A stretch of 43,863 nt of DNA from an uncultured Desulfuromonadales bacterium (GCA_945787285.1 CALZIC010000120.1:1-43863); one strand, 5' to 3'. Shown: positions 1-9,921, numbered from the stretch's first letter. Notes: generated by a model from the letters alone, not told the origin. Numbers and translations: made by a program.

Positions 1-1541
1 TCGAGGTAGTCGACCGTATCTTCCATATGGCGGGCTTTCTCGAGAATCGTCACGTCGCCACGCTCAAAACCGGAGAGGACAAACTGGAGAAACTCCCGGG
101 TCTTGTCACCGATTTCCCTGAGCTCCTCGTCGCCGGACTCGGAGAAGGTGATCTTCTGGTTGGCTTTGCGCTGGCCGAGACGCCAGAGGTTTTCACAATG
201 ATCGCCCACCCTCTCGAGGTCATTGACCATGTTCATCAACGAGCCGATGATTTTTGAGGTTTCCTGGGAAATCGATTTCTGCGACAAAGCAACCAAAAAA
301 TCGAGAATTTCCCGCTGCAGCAGATCGACGGTTTCTTCCTTTTTCTCCAGGGCGTCTATGCGCTTTTCATTGCCGTCTCGAAGATAGGCAAGGGTCTCTT
401 CCACCATTTCGTGCGCAATTTGCCCCATCCGCTTGGTTTCGGAGCGGGCCTGGCCGACGGCGATCGGCGGCGTGTTGAGAACCCGGTTGTCGATGAACTT
501 GAGGTGGAACTCCTGGTCCTCCTCACGACCGCGGATGATCATGGTGGTGAGCTTGGCCAGAATGCCGACCAGGGGCAGAAAGACCAGGGTGTTGACGACA
601 TTGAACAACGAGTGGGTATTGGCGATATGCCGCGCGATGTAAGGCTTGTCCCCGACCGTGACCCCCAAAGCTTGAGCCTGCTGATCGCTCTGCACAATAA
701 GGTCGGCGTTGCCGGGGGTGATACTGTCGACAAAGCCCATGAACACAGGAAGCAGCAACAGCATAAGGGCGGTGCCCAAAAAGTTAAACAGAAAGTGGGC
801 GAAGGCGGTTCGCCTGGCCGCGAGGTTGGTCCCGATTGCCGCCAGGTTTGCGGTAATGGTGGTACCGATATTCTCCCCCATGATCAGGGCGACCGCCGCC
901 GGAAAGGAAAGGAGCCCGCTGGTAGCCAGCGCGATGGTGATACCGATGGTCGCGCTACTGCTCTGTACAATGACGGTCAGAATCGCACCGATCGCCACGC
1001 CGAGCAGGGGGTTTTCGCCGACCAGGTAAAAGATATCGCGGAATTCAGTGCTGGCCTTGACCGGATCGAAGGCATGCTTCATGGTCGACAGACCATAGAA
1101 AAGGATACCGAAGCCGAGCACGATCTCACCGACATAGGTCCACTTCTTGCCCCGGGCGAAAAGTTTGAGAGCGGCACCGATGCCGATGGCAGGCAGTGCA
1201 TACTTGGTAATCTTGAACGCGATCAACTGGGCGGTTATCGTGGTGCCGATATTAGCCCCGAGGATAACCCCGATCGACTGCACCAGGGACATCAGCCCGG
1301 CATTGACGAAACCGACGACCATGACGGTGGTAGCGCTGGACGACTGAATGATAGCGGTAACGGCGAGGCCAACCAGCATGCCGATAAAGCGGTTGTTGGT
1401 GAGGGCGGCCAGAATTCTGCGCATCCGATCGCCAGCAATCTTCTGCAATCCCTCGGACATGATCTTCATACCGAAGAGGAAGAGACCAAGCCCCCCGACC
1501 AGACCGAAAATCACCTTCTCATTCAACAAAACGTCTAACAT
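1..1541 (-). CDS. Na+/phosphate cotransporter family protein (NptA/YjbB-like) with C-terminal PhoU-like domain; partial, C-terminus beyond window start
   Basis: Hand translation of minus strand from ATG at 1541: MLDVLLNEKVIFGLVGGLGLFLFGMKIMSEGLQKIAGDRMRRILAALTNNRFIGMLVGLAVTAIIQSSSATTVMVVGF..., typical Na/Pi-cotransporter II-related signature. The frame stays open to position 1, where it encodes the PhoU-like motif ERGDVTILEKARHMEDTVDYLE. Absent from the ORF track only because no stop codon lies inside the window. Confidence 0.8.
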   Translation of the reverse strand, partial: MLDVLLNEKVIFGLVGGLGLFLFGMKIMSEGLQKIAGDRMRRILAALTNNRFIGMLVGLAVTAIIQSSSATTVMVVGFVNAGLMSLVQSIGVILGANIGTTITAQLIAFKITKYALPAIGIGAALKLFARGKKWTYVGEIVLGFGILFYGLSTMKHAFDPVKASTEFRDIFYLVGENPLLGVAIGAILTVIVQSSSATIGITIALATSGLLSFPAAVALIMGENIGTTITANLAAIGTNLAARRTAFAHFLFNFLGTALMLLLLPVFMGFVDSITPGNADLIVQSDQQAQALGVTVGDKPYIARHIANTHSLFNVVNTLVFLPLVGILAKLTTMIIRGREEDQEFHLKFIDNRVLNTPPIAVGQARSETKRMGQIAHEMVEETLAYLRDGNEKRIDALEKKEETVDLLQREILDFLVALSQKSISQETSKIIGSLMNMVNDLERVGDHCENLWRLGQRKANQKITFSESGDEELREIGDKTREFLQFVLSGFERGDVTILEKARHMEDTVDYL

Positions 1542-1812
1542 CAAAATCAGGCCTGCGTCACCGACAAGGCCCCTGCCCCGGAACTACTGCAACAGATTGG
1601 TATAACTTCACTTTTTTGAGAATCCAGCATGCAGGATAGAGCCACAGCGGTCCTCCCCCTTTAACGGGGGGGACTATAACTGATGGGTGGTGCTTTTTCA
1701 ATGGAAAAGGGGAGATAAAAGATGACAGGCGATGGACGCGGGGAGATGTCTTGCCTTTGCTAATCGGCAGGTTGCCGAAGAATTTTAATAAGAAGGGAAT
1801 TCGGGAGGATAT

Positions 1813-2316
1813 TCAGCTATCAGAAGAACGGTCCAGAGCCCAGATCAGCATCTCACGATACTCTTCGTTATTCTCACGAATGCGCTGACTGAAAATCCGG
1901 ATAATGTTGCGCATCAGCTTCAGGGCAAGTGATGGATTTTTATCGCAAAGGTCCTCAAAATCACTTTTTTTGACACTGAGCAGAGTAGCTTCCTCAAGCA
2001 CCCGGGCCGTGGCGGAACGCGGGGCCCCATCCAGAACGGCCATTTCTCCAAAAGAGTCTTCAGCCCCTAGCACGACCAGGGTCTGCTCGTCCCCCTCGGC
2101 AATCATTTTGGAAATTTGCACCGCCCCACGCCGGACCAGGTAAAGCGACTCCCCCGGCATGTTCTCGATAAACACGGTGGTGCCGGCGCCCATTTTTTTT
2201 TCCTGGAAGATTTCGGTCAGTACGTCGATTTCCGAATCCGCCATGAGGTTAAAAAGGGCACTCTCTTTCAGGTTTTTCAGATCGGCTCCAGCCATACGGT
2301 TCCCATTCAAAACCAC
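1813..2316 (-). CDS. cyclic nucleotide-binding domain protein
   Basis: 167 aa; cNMP-binding motifs FGEMAVL and RSATARV; no HTH. Confidence 0.8.
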   Translation of the reverse strand: MVLNGNRMAGADLKNLKESALFNLMADSEIDVLTEIFQEKKMGAGTTVFIENMPGESLYLVRRGAVQISKMIAEGDEQTLVVLGAEDSFGEMAVLDGAPRSATARVLEEATLLSVKKSDFEDLCDKNPSLALKLMRNIIRIFSQRIRENNEEYREMLIWALDRSSDS

Positions 2317-2352
2317 TTTGCAAGTCTTAAAAAAAGTGCGCCGAAGGGCGCC

Positions 2353-3006
2353 TTAGCGAACGGTTCGAGCAGGCCTGAGAACCAGAATTTCGAGGCGCCG
2401 GTTGCGGCTGCGTCCTTCCGCGGTGCGGTTGCTCTCGATCGGCTCTTTTTCCCCGACCCCTTTGACAAAAAGGAGCCCAGGCGATATGCCGTTGCGCAAA
2501 CTCAGGTGGATTCCGGCGGCCACTGCACGTTCACGGGCCAGTTTCTCGTTGTAGCTGTCAGACCCCTGGTTGTCGGTATGGCCGTCAATGCGAAGGAGAT
2601 ATTCTGCAGGCCCCTTTCGCAGCGCATCGGCGATGAGAAAAAGGTCCTCCTCCCCCTGCGGGGAAAGATGATGCGGGTCCTCGCCGAACGTCGATTCCGG
2701 GAGCCGGAATTGTCTGACCACCACGGCAGAGACAGGCCGATTGATCACGGGAGTTTTACGACCTGCGACAAAGGGTGCGATGGCGATGGCTTCCCTCTTC
2801 ATGTCCCCGGGAATCTCGAGGCGCTGCAGGGGATCAACGACAACCTCGTCCCCCTGGGGCGAAACCGCCACCTCCAGCAAGGCCAACCGCGGTTCAGTTG
2901 CAGAAAAATCGCCTGCCGCCTGAGACGCCGGAGTCTCCGAGGCAGAGAGCAGCGTCAACCCGCCCGCCAACCAGGCTGCCACCACGAGACAGAAGCACCT
3001 TTTCAT
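2353..3006 (-). CDS. OmpA family protein (OmpA/MotB C-terminal peptidoglycan-binding domain) with N-terminal signal peptide
   Basis: IDGHTDNQGSDSYNEKLARERAVAA motif. The ORF extends to 3117, but the start is more likely Met at 3006 (MKRCFCLVVAAWLAGGLTLLSA signal peptide). Confidence 0.75.
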   Translation of the reverse strand: MKRCFCLVVAAWLAGGLTLLSASETPASQAAGDFSATEPRLALLEVAVSPQGDEVVVDPLQRLEIPGDMKREAIAIAPFVAGRKTPVINRPVSAVVVRQFRLPESTFGEDPHHLSPQGEEDLFLIADALRKGPAEYLLRIDGHTDNQGSDSYNEKLARERAVAAGIHLSLRNGISPGLLFVKGVGEKEPIESNRTAEGRSRNRRLEILVLRPARTVR

Positions 3007-3113
3007 GAAACACCTTTTGACATCATCATAAATCTGGCTCCTGCGCCAATGCTTTACAAATAACATTTCGAACTGTCGCAAATCAACCCGTAACCACGCA
3101 GCAAACAATCGAC

Positions 3114-3632
3114 TCACTCGCCCTGCGGATCAAGATAATCCTGCATGTAGCCGAGGTAATTCAGGGCCGACTGCTTCAGGTGCGCCACCTCCTGATCGGA
3201 AAGCGATCGCTTTATCCGCGCGGGCGCTCCAATGGCCAGACTGCGCGGAGGAATCCGGGTGCCCGGCGCCACCACCGCCCCTGCAGCGACCATCGAGTCC
3301 TCACCGACAACGACACCATCGAGCACGACCGCGCCCATTCCGATAAGACAGCGATTCTCGATGGTACACCCATGCAGCGTCACATTGTGCCCAATGGTCA
3401 CATCGTCTCCGATGAAAGTCGGGTGGGTATCGTGGGTGACATGAATCACCGACCCATCCTGCACGTTGGTACGATTGCCGATACGGATATAATTGACATC
3501 GCCGCGAATGACGACATTAAACCAGACGCTCGACTCTTCGCCGATCTTAACATCGCCGATGACAGCGGCACTCTGCTGGATGTAGGCCGACTCTGCAATT
3601 TCTGGAAAACGGTTGCGGTGAGGAATCAGCAT
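3114..3632 (-). CDS. gamma-carbonic anhydrase family / hexapeptide-repeat protein (YrdA/PaaY-like)
   Basis: 172 aa left-handed beta-helix hexapeptide repeats; histidines typical of gamma-CA family. Confidence 0.85.
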   Translation of the reverse strand: MLIPHRNRFPEIAESAYIQQSAAVIGDVKIGEESSVWFNVVIRGDVNYIRIGNRTNVQDGSVIHVTHDTHPTFIGDDVTIGHNVTLHGCTIENRCLIGMGAVVLDGVVVGEDSMVAAGAVVAPGTRIPPRSLAIGAPARIKRSLSDQEVAHLKQSALNYLGYMQDYLDPQGE

Positions 3633-3751
3633 GAAAGCTCCGGATAGACAGGAAGAGGTTCATTGGGCTGGTCCGGCGACACAAAGGACTGTACTCAACA
3701 CAGAGCGGGCCGGCGCTTCGGAAATAGAACGAAAGGCCCATCCAAAACGAA

Positions 3752-3778
3752 TGCCCGGAAACGACGGCGCGTTCCGGG
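3752..3778 (-). terminator. putative rho-independent terminator downstream of IHF/HU gene
   Basis: gcccggaa-N11-ttccgggc hairpin followed on the minus strand by attcgttttgg. Confidence 0.35.
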
Positions 3779-3819
3779 CGTACGAAAAATAAAATGTATA
3801 AGTTCGGATGAAATAGAGT

Positions 3820-4095
3820 TTACGAGTCGACCCGCTCGCGTAGTTCTTTGCCGACTTTGAAAAAGGGCAGCTTTTTGGGTTTGACCTCGATAACCTCCCC
3901 GGTTTTGGGGTTGCGCCCCATGTAAGCCTTGTAATCCTTGACGACAAAACTGCCGAAGCCCCGAATCTCGATGCGCCCTCCTTCAACCAGCGTATCGGTC
4001 ATGGAGTCGAAGATTATATTGACAATTTCTTCCGACTTCTTGTAGGTCAAACTCTTGGATTCGGCCAGGCTTTCCACCAGTTCTGACTTATTCAT
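3820..4095 (-). CDS. ihfB: integration host factor / HU family DNA-binding protein (IHF beta-like)
   Basis: 91 aa MNKSELVESLAE...IEIRGFGSFVVKDYKAYMGRNPKTGEVIEVKPKKLPFFKVGKELRERV; classic HU/IHF fold signature. Confidence 0.8.
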   Translation of the reverse strand: MNKSELVESLAESKSLTYKKSEEIVNIIFDSMTDTLVEGGRIEIRGFGSFVVKDYKAYMGRNPKTGEVIEVKPKKLPFFKVGKELRERVDS

Positions 4096-4216
4096 AGGGC
4101 CTCCCTGTGGTCACATACGACAATGTTCCTCAAAGCGGGGAATTTCATTGACCTATTTACGGGTAGAGTATACTTCCGTTAGCCCAACTGTCAAGGGTAA
4201 GCACATGAGTTTTCAG

Positions 4217-5119
4217 CTACTTAGTACAAGAATCAAGAAGAAGCCGCGCTTCTTCCCCATAATGCGGATCAAGTTCGGGATGATCGACGACTGTTTTCAG
4301 CATCGGAAGGCCCTCTTTCTTCCAGCCCAGTGCGAGATAGGCCTGGGCGATGCGAAAGACCCAGTACGGGTTGCCTGGCTCTTTACGACAGGCCCCTTTG
4401 AAGGCCTCCAGGGCTTTGGCGACCGATTTATCGTGGCGAAGCCAGAATTCGGCCAAAGCAATATTGGCCGAACCGGAACAACCCGACCCGGACAGAGCAC
4501 CCAGCTGCCTTTCTGCCCCCTCGAGATCCCCTTGCTGCTCAAGCAGGGAGGCCAAAAGAACCCGTATTTCGGGGGCCGCCGAGCCGGAGGCGATGGCGCG
4601 TTCACAGTGCGCAAGCGATTTGTCCGCCAGGCCGCGAGTAGCATAGAGTGCTGCCAGTTCGCCATGGCAATAGCCCGGATTTATTCCAAGATCAAGCATC
4701 CCCTGAAGACGCTTTTCAGCGGCATCGAGCTTCTTTTCAGCACGATCGAGCATCACAAGGCTTTCCAGGGCAGGAAAAAACGGGCCATTGGCCACCGCGG
4801 CCTTTTCCAGGTCACGACGGCCTGCAGCGGCTTTCTGCGTGCGTACCAGCAGCGAACCGCGCTCGAAGAAGTAAAGCTCGTCTCTCTCGCTGTTGTCGAC
4901 CCGGTCAAATGCCGCCAGCGCCTCCTTGTCGTTCCCGTCGTGGGCATGGAGAAAAGCGGTGCGGAAGGTCTCGCTTTTTTGTGCATAAAGGTCAGCGAGC
5001 TGTTCAGGGTATGTGGCAAGCAAAAGCTCAAGCCGCGATTCGGCATCCAGCCCCTCGGAGGCCCCTTCGTCAGCCACCTGCTCTGCTGAACACCCGGAGG
5101 CACAACACCCCGAAGCCAA
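4217..5119 (-). CDS. tetratricopeptide repeat protein, main body; appears frame-disrupted from its N-terminal part (5120-5433)
   Basis: 300-aa ORF with TPR-like helical repeats. It begins at TTG immediately where the coding-looking part of the overlapping ORF 4753..5433 stops making sense. Confidence 0.6.
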   Translation of the reverse strand: MASGCCASGCSAEQVADEGASEGLDAESRLELLLATYPEQLADLYAQKSETFRTAFLHAHDGNDKEALAAFDRVDNSERDELYFFERGSLLVRTQKAAAGRRDLEKAAVANGPFFPALESLVMLDRAEKKLDAAEKRLQGMLDLGINPGYCHGELAALYATRGLADKSLAHCERAIASGSAAPEIRVLLASLLEQQGDLEGAERQLGALSGSGCSGSANIALAEFWLRHDKSVAKALEAFKGACRKEPGNPYWVFRIAQAYLALGWKKEGLPMLKTVVDHPELDPHYGEEARLLLDSCTK

Positions 5120-5433
5120 GCGAGGCCTGAATGGGCCCGCTGCTTGAGATCCTCATCGCAGGCATGGGTGGCCGCAAGAGCGAAATGCTCATGGGCCCTT
5201 GCCGTATCGCCGCCCCTCAAGCAGGCCTCCCCCTCTGAAATGTTCATCTCAGCCAGCGAGTCGCCGGCCTGAACAAGGAGCTGCTGCAATTCCTCGAGGA
5301 GTTCGGAAGTAAGAGAGCTGCGGTCAATACACTCTCCGGAGACTAGGGCTTCGGCCCAGCGGCTCTGGGCCACCAACCGCCTGACGGAATCGAGCGGATG
5401 CTTACTGCCAAAAATGCGCTTCAGAAGACTCAT
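5103..5433 (-). pseudogene. N-terminal segment of the TPR protein in a different frame (frameshift near 5100-5125)
   Basis: ORF 4753..5433 reads plausibly for about 105 aa (MSLLKRIFGSKHPLDSVRRL...AHSGLAWLRG), then becomes P/W-rich junk exactly where ORF 4217..5119 starts. A C4/G4 run lies at 5108-5111. Confidence 0.45.
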
Positions 5434-5450
5434 AAAGAATAGAAAGTTCT

Positions 5451-6017
5451 CTAAATAGTGGTGAAAGGGGAAAGGGTCCAGATCACCTTGGCATCGCCCT
5501 CACCGACATTGTCCCAGCGGTGCGGAAGATGCGACTTGAAAGAGATGCTGTCGCCCGGGCTAAGGGAATGCTTTTCACCGGCGATTGTAACCTCTATCTG
5601 CCCCTCAAGTACATAGATAAGTTCATCCCCGGGGTGATACATATTTTTAACACCGCTGGTCCCCCCTTTGGGCACGGTACAGTAAAACGACATGAACTGG
5701 GGGTCACGCAGGCCCGAGGTGAAAGACTCGGTGTGCATATTGCTCTCATCATCGTAGACCGTTTGGTCGCGGGTACCCGGGGTGCTGAACACGACCTCAT
5801 GGGTGGTGCTCACCTCTTCGACGAAATAATTGATGCTCTTGTCAAAAACCCCGGCGAGCTTCAACAGGATCTCCACCGAGGGAATCGTCAGACCACGCTC
5901 GATGCGGGAAATCATGTTAGATGACACCTTGGACCTCTTCGCCAGGTCTTGGATGGTCATATCCTTTTTAAGACGGATCGCCTTGAGTTTTTTGCCAACG
6001 ATTTTTTTGGTCTTCAT
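5451..6017 (-). CDS. XRE-family HTH transcriptional regulator with C-terminal cupin domain
   Basis: 188 aa; HTH TIQDLAKRSKVSSNMISRIERG; cupin motif G-x5-H-x-H...GD. Confidence 0.85.
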   Translation of the reverse strand: MKTKKIVGKKLKAIRLKKDMTIQDLAKRSKVSSNMISRIERGLTIPSVEILLKLAGVFDKSINYFVEEVSTTHEVVFSTPGTRDQTVYDDESNMHTESFTSGLRDPQFMSFYCTVPKGGTSGVKNMYHPGDELIYVLEGQIEVTIAGEKHSLSPGDSISFKSHLPHRWDNVGEGDAKVIWTLSPFTTI

Positions 6018-6070
6018 TCAACTTCTCCAGGGAACAACCAGGAAGACTTCAATTCCAAGTGCGACAACGA

Positions 6071-6646
6071 CTATTGGGCCAGGTTAGGGGCCGGGGATAC
6101 GACCCACATAACGACCGTCTTCCCGTCATGGACATTCTTCCAGGTATGCGGAATCGACGCCTTGAAAATCAGCGAGTCCCCCTGGCCAAGCACATGATGT
6201 TCGTTGTTGACATTGAACTCTAGTCGTCCTTCGAGCACCAGGGCGAACTCTTCGCCGGTATGAACCATGCCCCCCTCTCCGCTGCTGCACCCCTCTTCCA
6301 GGGTGTCGTAAAAGACGGCAAAATTGGGGTCGCGAATCCCCTGGGTCAGGCTGGTGATCTGATGCTTGTCCTCAAAGAAGAATATCGGTTCGCCCTGCCC
6401 TTTTCTGGTCAGGACAACCGTCGAGCCCTTCTCCGCCTCTTCGACGAAATAATTAATGCTCATCCCGAAAGCATTGGCCAACTTCATCAGAATTTCGACC
6501 GAGGGCACGGTGAGCCCCCTTTCGATCCTTGATATCATGTTGGACGAGACCTTTGACCGGTCAGCCAGATCCTGAATGGTCATGTCATTTCGCAACCGGG
6601 TTGACTTAAGCTTCTTTCCTACCAACTGTTTAATCATGCCTGCCAT
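6071..6646 (-). CDS. XRE-family HTH + cupin transcriptional regulator (tandem paralog of 5451..6017)
   Basis: 191 aa; near-identical N-terminal HTH TIQDLADRSKVSSNMISRIERG; same architecture; 53-bp gap to the paralog. Confidence 0.85.
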   Translation of the reverse strand: MAGMIKQLVGKKLKSTRLRNDMTIQDLADRSKVSSNMISRIERGLTVPSVEILMKLANAFGMSINYFVEEAEKGSTVVLTRKGQGEPIFFFEDKHQITSLTQGIRDPNFAVFYDTLEEGCSSGEGGMVHTGEEFALVLEGRLEFNVNNEHHVLGQGDSLIFKASIPHTWKNVHDGKTVVMWVVSPAPNLAQ

Positions 6647-6787
6647 CCTGATAAATAATAGAAATAAAATGGTGTTTTATCACTGTAAATCTAATCTGTC
6701 AATACGATATGTAAAATCCTTACCCATTTTTGATATTTTAGCCTATTTTCCAGAGACATCAATTGTGAACCTCCAACCCTAAACAGG

Positions 6788-6815
6788 TTGACAATCAGAC
6801 AGAAACCCTTATAAT
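6788..6815 (+). promoter_or_regulatory. consensus sigma70 promoter for bioB (TTGACA-16 bp-TATAAT)
   Basis: TTGACA at 6788-6793, TATAAT at 6810-6815, about 40 bp upstream of the bioB ATG. Confidence 0.6.
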
Positions 6816-6855
6816 CCCGTCTTGTTCCCATGAAAAAAACGACAGGAGACCAACA

Positions 6856-7842
6856 ATGACCCCAACGACCATGACCCTGATAGAAAAAGCCCGAACAGGT
6901 GAGGCCCCGACACAGGAAGAAGCCCTTGCCATCCTCCAGGCCAGGGGCGCCGATCTCAACTTTATCCTGGCGGGAGCCAGTTTGCTGCGGGAAAAGACAT
7001 TTGGCAACGCAATAGAATTGTGTTCCATTATCAATGCCAAATCGGGGCGTTGTGCCGAGAACTGCGCGTTCTGCGCCCAGTCGACCCACCACCAGACCGA
7101 CGCTCCGGTATACCCCCTGCGCTCGTATGAAGAGATTGTCGCCGGTGCGCGCCAGGCCCAGGAAGAAGGGTCTCACTGCTACGGAATCGTGACCAGCGGC
7201 ACCCGGATCCGCGCCGGCGAAGAGCTCGACTCTGTTTTGGCCGCCATCCGCGAGATCCGGGGCACCACCAGCATCGCCCCCTCGGCGTCGCTCGGCATCC
7301 TGGATGAAGCCACGGCGCAGGCCCTGTACGATGCAGGATGCGTCACCTACCACCACAACCTTGAAACGGCCCGCTCCTTCTTTCCCAACATTTGCAGTAC
7401 CCATGCCTACGATGAGGATGTCGACACGGTCAAGCTGGCCAAGAAAATCGGCATGAAAGTCTGCTGCGGCGGCATCTTCGGCCTCGGCGAATCGCTCGAG
7501 CAACGGGTCGAGATGGCCTTCACCCTCAGGGAACTGAACGTCGACTCGGTGCCGCTCAACTTCCTCAACCCGATTCCAGGCACCCCCCTCGAGGGGGCAA
7601 ACGATCTTAAACCGCTCGACTGCATCCGCATTATCGCCTTGTTCCGCTACCTCCTTCCGCAAAAGCGCATCAGCGTCTGCGGCGGCCGGGAGCAAAATCT
7701 GAAAGATTACCAGTCGTGGATGTTCATGGCCGGTGCCAGCGGCACCATGGTGGGGAACTACCTGACGACCTGCGGCCGCAATCGCGAGGATGACCTGCAG
7801 ATGTTCCGGGATGGCGAGGTGGAAATCAATGGCTGCTGCTGA
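6856..7842 (+). CDS. bioB: biotin synthase (radical SAM)
   Basis: 328 aa; CxxxCxxC radical-SAM cluster (GRCAENCAFCAQS); full-length BioB similarity. Confidence 0.95.
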   Translation: MTPTTMTLIEKARTGEAPTQEEALAILQARGADLNFILAGASLLREKTFGNAIELCSIINAKSGRCAENCAFCAQSTHHQTDAPVYPLRSYEEIVAGARQAQEEGSHCYGIVTSGTRIRAGEELDSVLAAIREIRGTTSIAPSASLGILDEATAQALYDAGCVTYHHNLETARSFFPNICSTHAYDEDVDTVKLAKKIGMKVCCGGIFGLGESLEQRVEMAFTLRELNVDSVPLNFLNPIPGTPLEGANDLKPLDCIRIIALFRYLLPQKRISVCGGREQNLKDYQSWMFMAGASGTMVGNYLTTCGRNREDDLQMFRDGEVEINGCC

Positions 7843-8554
7843 TCGCCCCAGGGGGATTTTCGTTACCGGGACCGACACCGGAGTCGGCAAAACCCTTTTT
7901 GCCGCTGCCCTGGCCCGGTTTCTGCGCGAGAGGGGCATCGACGCAGGGGTCATGAAACCGGTCGAGTCGGGGGTTGAAAACCCGTCCGAACTCGGCCCCG
8001 ACGGGCGCCTTCTGAAATGGGCCTCCGGGACGACCGACGACGATGCGCTCATCTGTCCCTATCGACTGCGTGCTCCGCTGGCGCCTTCAGAGGCCGCCCG
8101 ACGCGAGTCGGTTCATATCGATTTCGGCCATCTCGGCCAGATCGCCCGCCAACTCGCAAGCCAGCATGAGTTTCTGATCGTCGAAGGGGCCGGCGGACTG
8201 ATGGTCCCCCTGGCCGGCGGCCTGCTGGTGGCAGACCTGGCCCGCGATATCGGACTGCCCCTGCTGACCGTATGTCGGCCCGGCCTGGGGACGATCAACC
8301 ACACGCTGCTGACCCTTTTTGCGGCACGGACGATGGAGATCCCCCTGGCCGGCTTCATGATCAACAACATGCCCAAAGAGCCGAATGACGCCGAAAAAGG
8401 GGCGCCCCATGCCCTGGCCTCGCTGGCCTCGGCCGACCTTCTTGGCGTACTCGACCACGTTTCGGCTTCGCCCGAGGAACAGGTTGAGGCACTGGCCGCC
8501 CAACTCAACGCCCTTCCGTCCCTCCCCTGGCTGCTGGCAGCCCTGGGAATTTAA
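7829..8554 (+). CDS. bioD: dethiobiotin synthetase
   Basis: P-loop GTDTGVGKT and overall BioD similarity. Start chosen at ATG 7829 (MAAADRPRGIFVTG), overlapping the bioB end by 14 nt; the ORF-track start at 7790 is probably too far upstream. Confidence 0.88.
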   Translation: MAAADRPRGIFVTGTDTGVGKTLFAAALARFLRERGIDAGVMKPVESGVENPSELGPDGRLLKWASGTTDDDALICPYRLRAPLAPSEAARRESVHIDFGHLGQIARQLASQHEFLIVEGAGGLMVPLAGGLLVADLARDIGLPLLTVCRPGLGTINHTLLTLFAARTMEIPLAGFMINNMPKEPNDAEKGAPHALASLASADLLGVLDHVSASPEEQVEALAAQLNALPSLPWLLAALGI

Positions 8555-8571
8555 CTTATTACGGTGTACCC

Positions 8572-9921
8572 ATGACCTCCGAAGAGATCCAGAGACTCGA
8601 CCGCAAACACGTCTGGCACCCCTGCACCCAGGAAAAAGACCTGGAATCGATGCCGCCGATCCCCATCAGCCACGCAGACGGGGTCTATCTTTACGACAGC
8701 GACGGCCGCAGTTATATCGACGGCGTATCCTCCTGGTGGGTCAACATCTTCGGACACAACCACCCGCGCTTGAACAGGGCACTGATCGACCAGGCCGGCA
8801 AGGTGTCGCACCATATCTTTGCAGGGTTTACCCATGAGCCTGGAGTCGAGCTTGCCCGCAGGCTCGCGGAGCTGACTCCCGGAGATCTCTGCAAGGTCTT
8901 TTTTACCGACAACGGCTCCTCGGCCGTCGAAGCGGCCCTGAAAATGAGCTTCCAGTACTGGCAACAGGTGGGAAAACCCCAAAAAACCCGCTTTGTTTCG
9001 ATCACCGAAGCCTATCATGGCGAAACCATCGGCTGCCTGTCGGTCAGCGGGTGCGATCTCTATCGGGAAATCTACCGGCCCATGCTCCTGGAGGAGTACC
9101 AGGTGCAAGGGCCGGACTGCTATCGCTGCCCTTACGGACTGACCCGCGAAGGCTGCAACGCCGAATGTTTCGAAAAGATGGAAACCCTGGTGGCCCGCGA
9201 GCATGAAAACATCGCCGGCATCATCATCGAGCCGCTGATTCAGGGGGCGGCCGGCATGCGCATCTACTCTGCCGAATACCTGAAGAAACTCAGGGCATTG
9301 TGCGACCGCTACCAGGTACACTATATTGCCGATGAAATCGCCGTCGGATTCGGCCGCACCGGGCGCCTGTTCGCCAACGAACATGCCGGGGTCGCGCCCG
9401 ACATCATGTGCCTGTCGAAAGGGATCACCGGGGGCTACATGCCGCTTGCCGTCGTGCTGACCCACCAGGCGATCTACGACGCTTTTTACGACGACTACCA
9501 GACGATGAAGGCCTTTCTGCACAGCCATTCCTACTCGGGCAATCCGCTGGCGTGCGCATTGGCGGTCGAAGTGCTGAAAATTTTCGAGGAAGAAAAGATC
9601 CTCGACCAGCTCCCGCCCAAAATGAATCTCCTGGATGCCGGCGCAGAGCGTTTTGAACAGCTCGACACGGTGGGCGAATTTCGCCGTTGCGGCATGGTGG
9701 CAGCCGTCGAACTGGTACAGGACAAAAAGAGCAAAACCCCCTTCCCGTGGCAACAGAGAAGGGGGCTTGAAGTGTTCAAAAAGGCGCTGCAAAAAGGGGC
9801 GCTGCTGCGCCCCCTGGGAAATGTCGTCTATTTCATGCCCCCCCTGACCATCGACGAACAGGCCCTGCAAGACCTTCTGGATGCGGCCTACGACTCGATT
9901 GTCGAGGTAACGCAAACCTGA
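8572..9921 (+). CDS. bioA: adenosylmethionine-8-amino-7-oxononanoate aminotransferase
   Basis: 449 aa class-III PLP aminotransferase with BioA-specific N-terminus (HVWHPCTQ) and PLP-lysine region SKGITGGYMPLAVV. Confidence 0.95.
   Translation: MTSEEIQRLDRKHVWHPCTQEKDLESMPPIPISHADGVYLYDSDGRSYIDGVSSWWVNIFGHNHPRLNRALIDQAGKVSHHIFAGFTHEPGVELARRLAELTPGDLCKVFFTDNGSSAVEAALKMSFQYWQQVGKPQKTRFVSITEAYHGETIGCLSVSGCDLYREIYRPMLLEEYQVQGPDCYRCPYGLTREGCNAECFEKMETLVAREHENIAGIIIEPLIQGAAGMRIYSAEYLKKLRALCDRYQVHYIADEIAVGFGRTGRLFANEHAGVAPDIMCLSKGITGGYMPLAVVLTHQAIYDAFYDDYQTMKAFLHSHSYSGNPLACALAVEVLKIFEEEKILDQLPPKMNLLDAGAERFEQLDTVGEFRRCGMVAAVELVQDKKSKTPFPWQQRRGLEVFKKALQKGALLRPLGNVVYFMPPLTIDEQALQDLLDAAYDSIVEVTQT

Noticed and set aside
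411-1538. 375-aa + strand ORF (and neighbours 27..257, 709..1029, 1147..1605)
   Set aside because: Asp/Gly/Arg-rich low-complexity translation antisense to a well-supported Na/Pi cotransporter gene; typical GC-rich antisense open frame
2116-3063. 315-aa + strand ORF
   Set aside because: Antisense to the OmpA-family and cNMP-binding genes; no domain-like sequence
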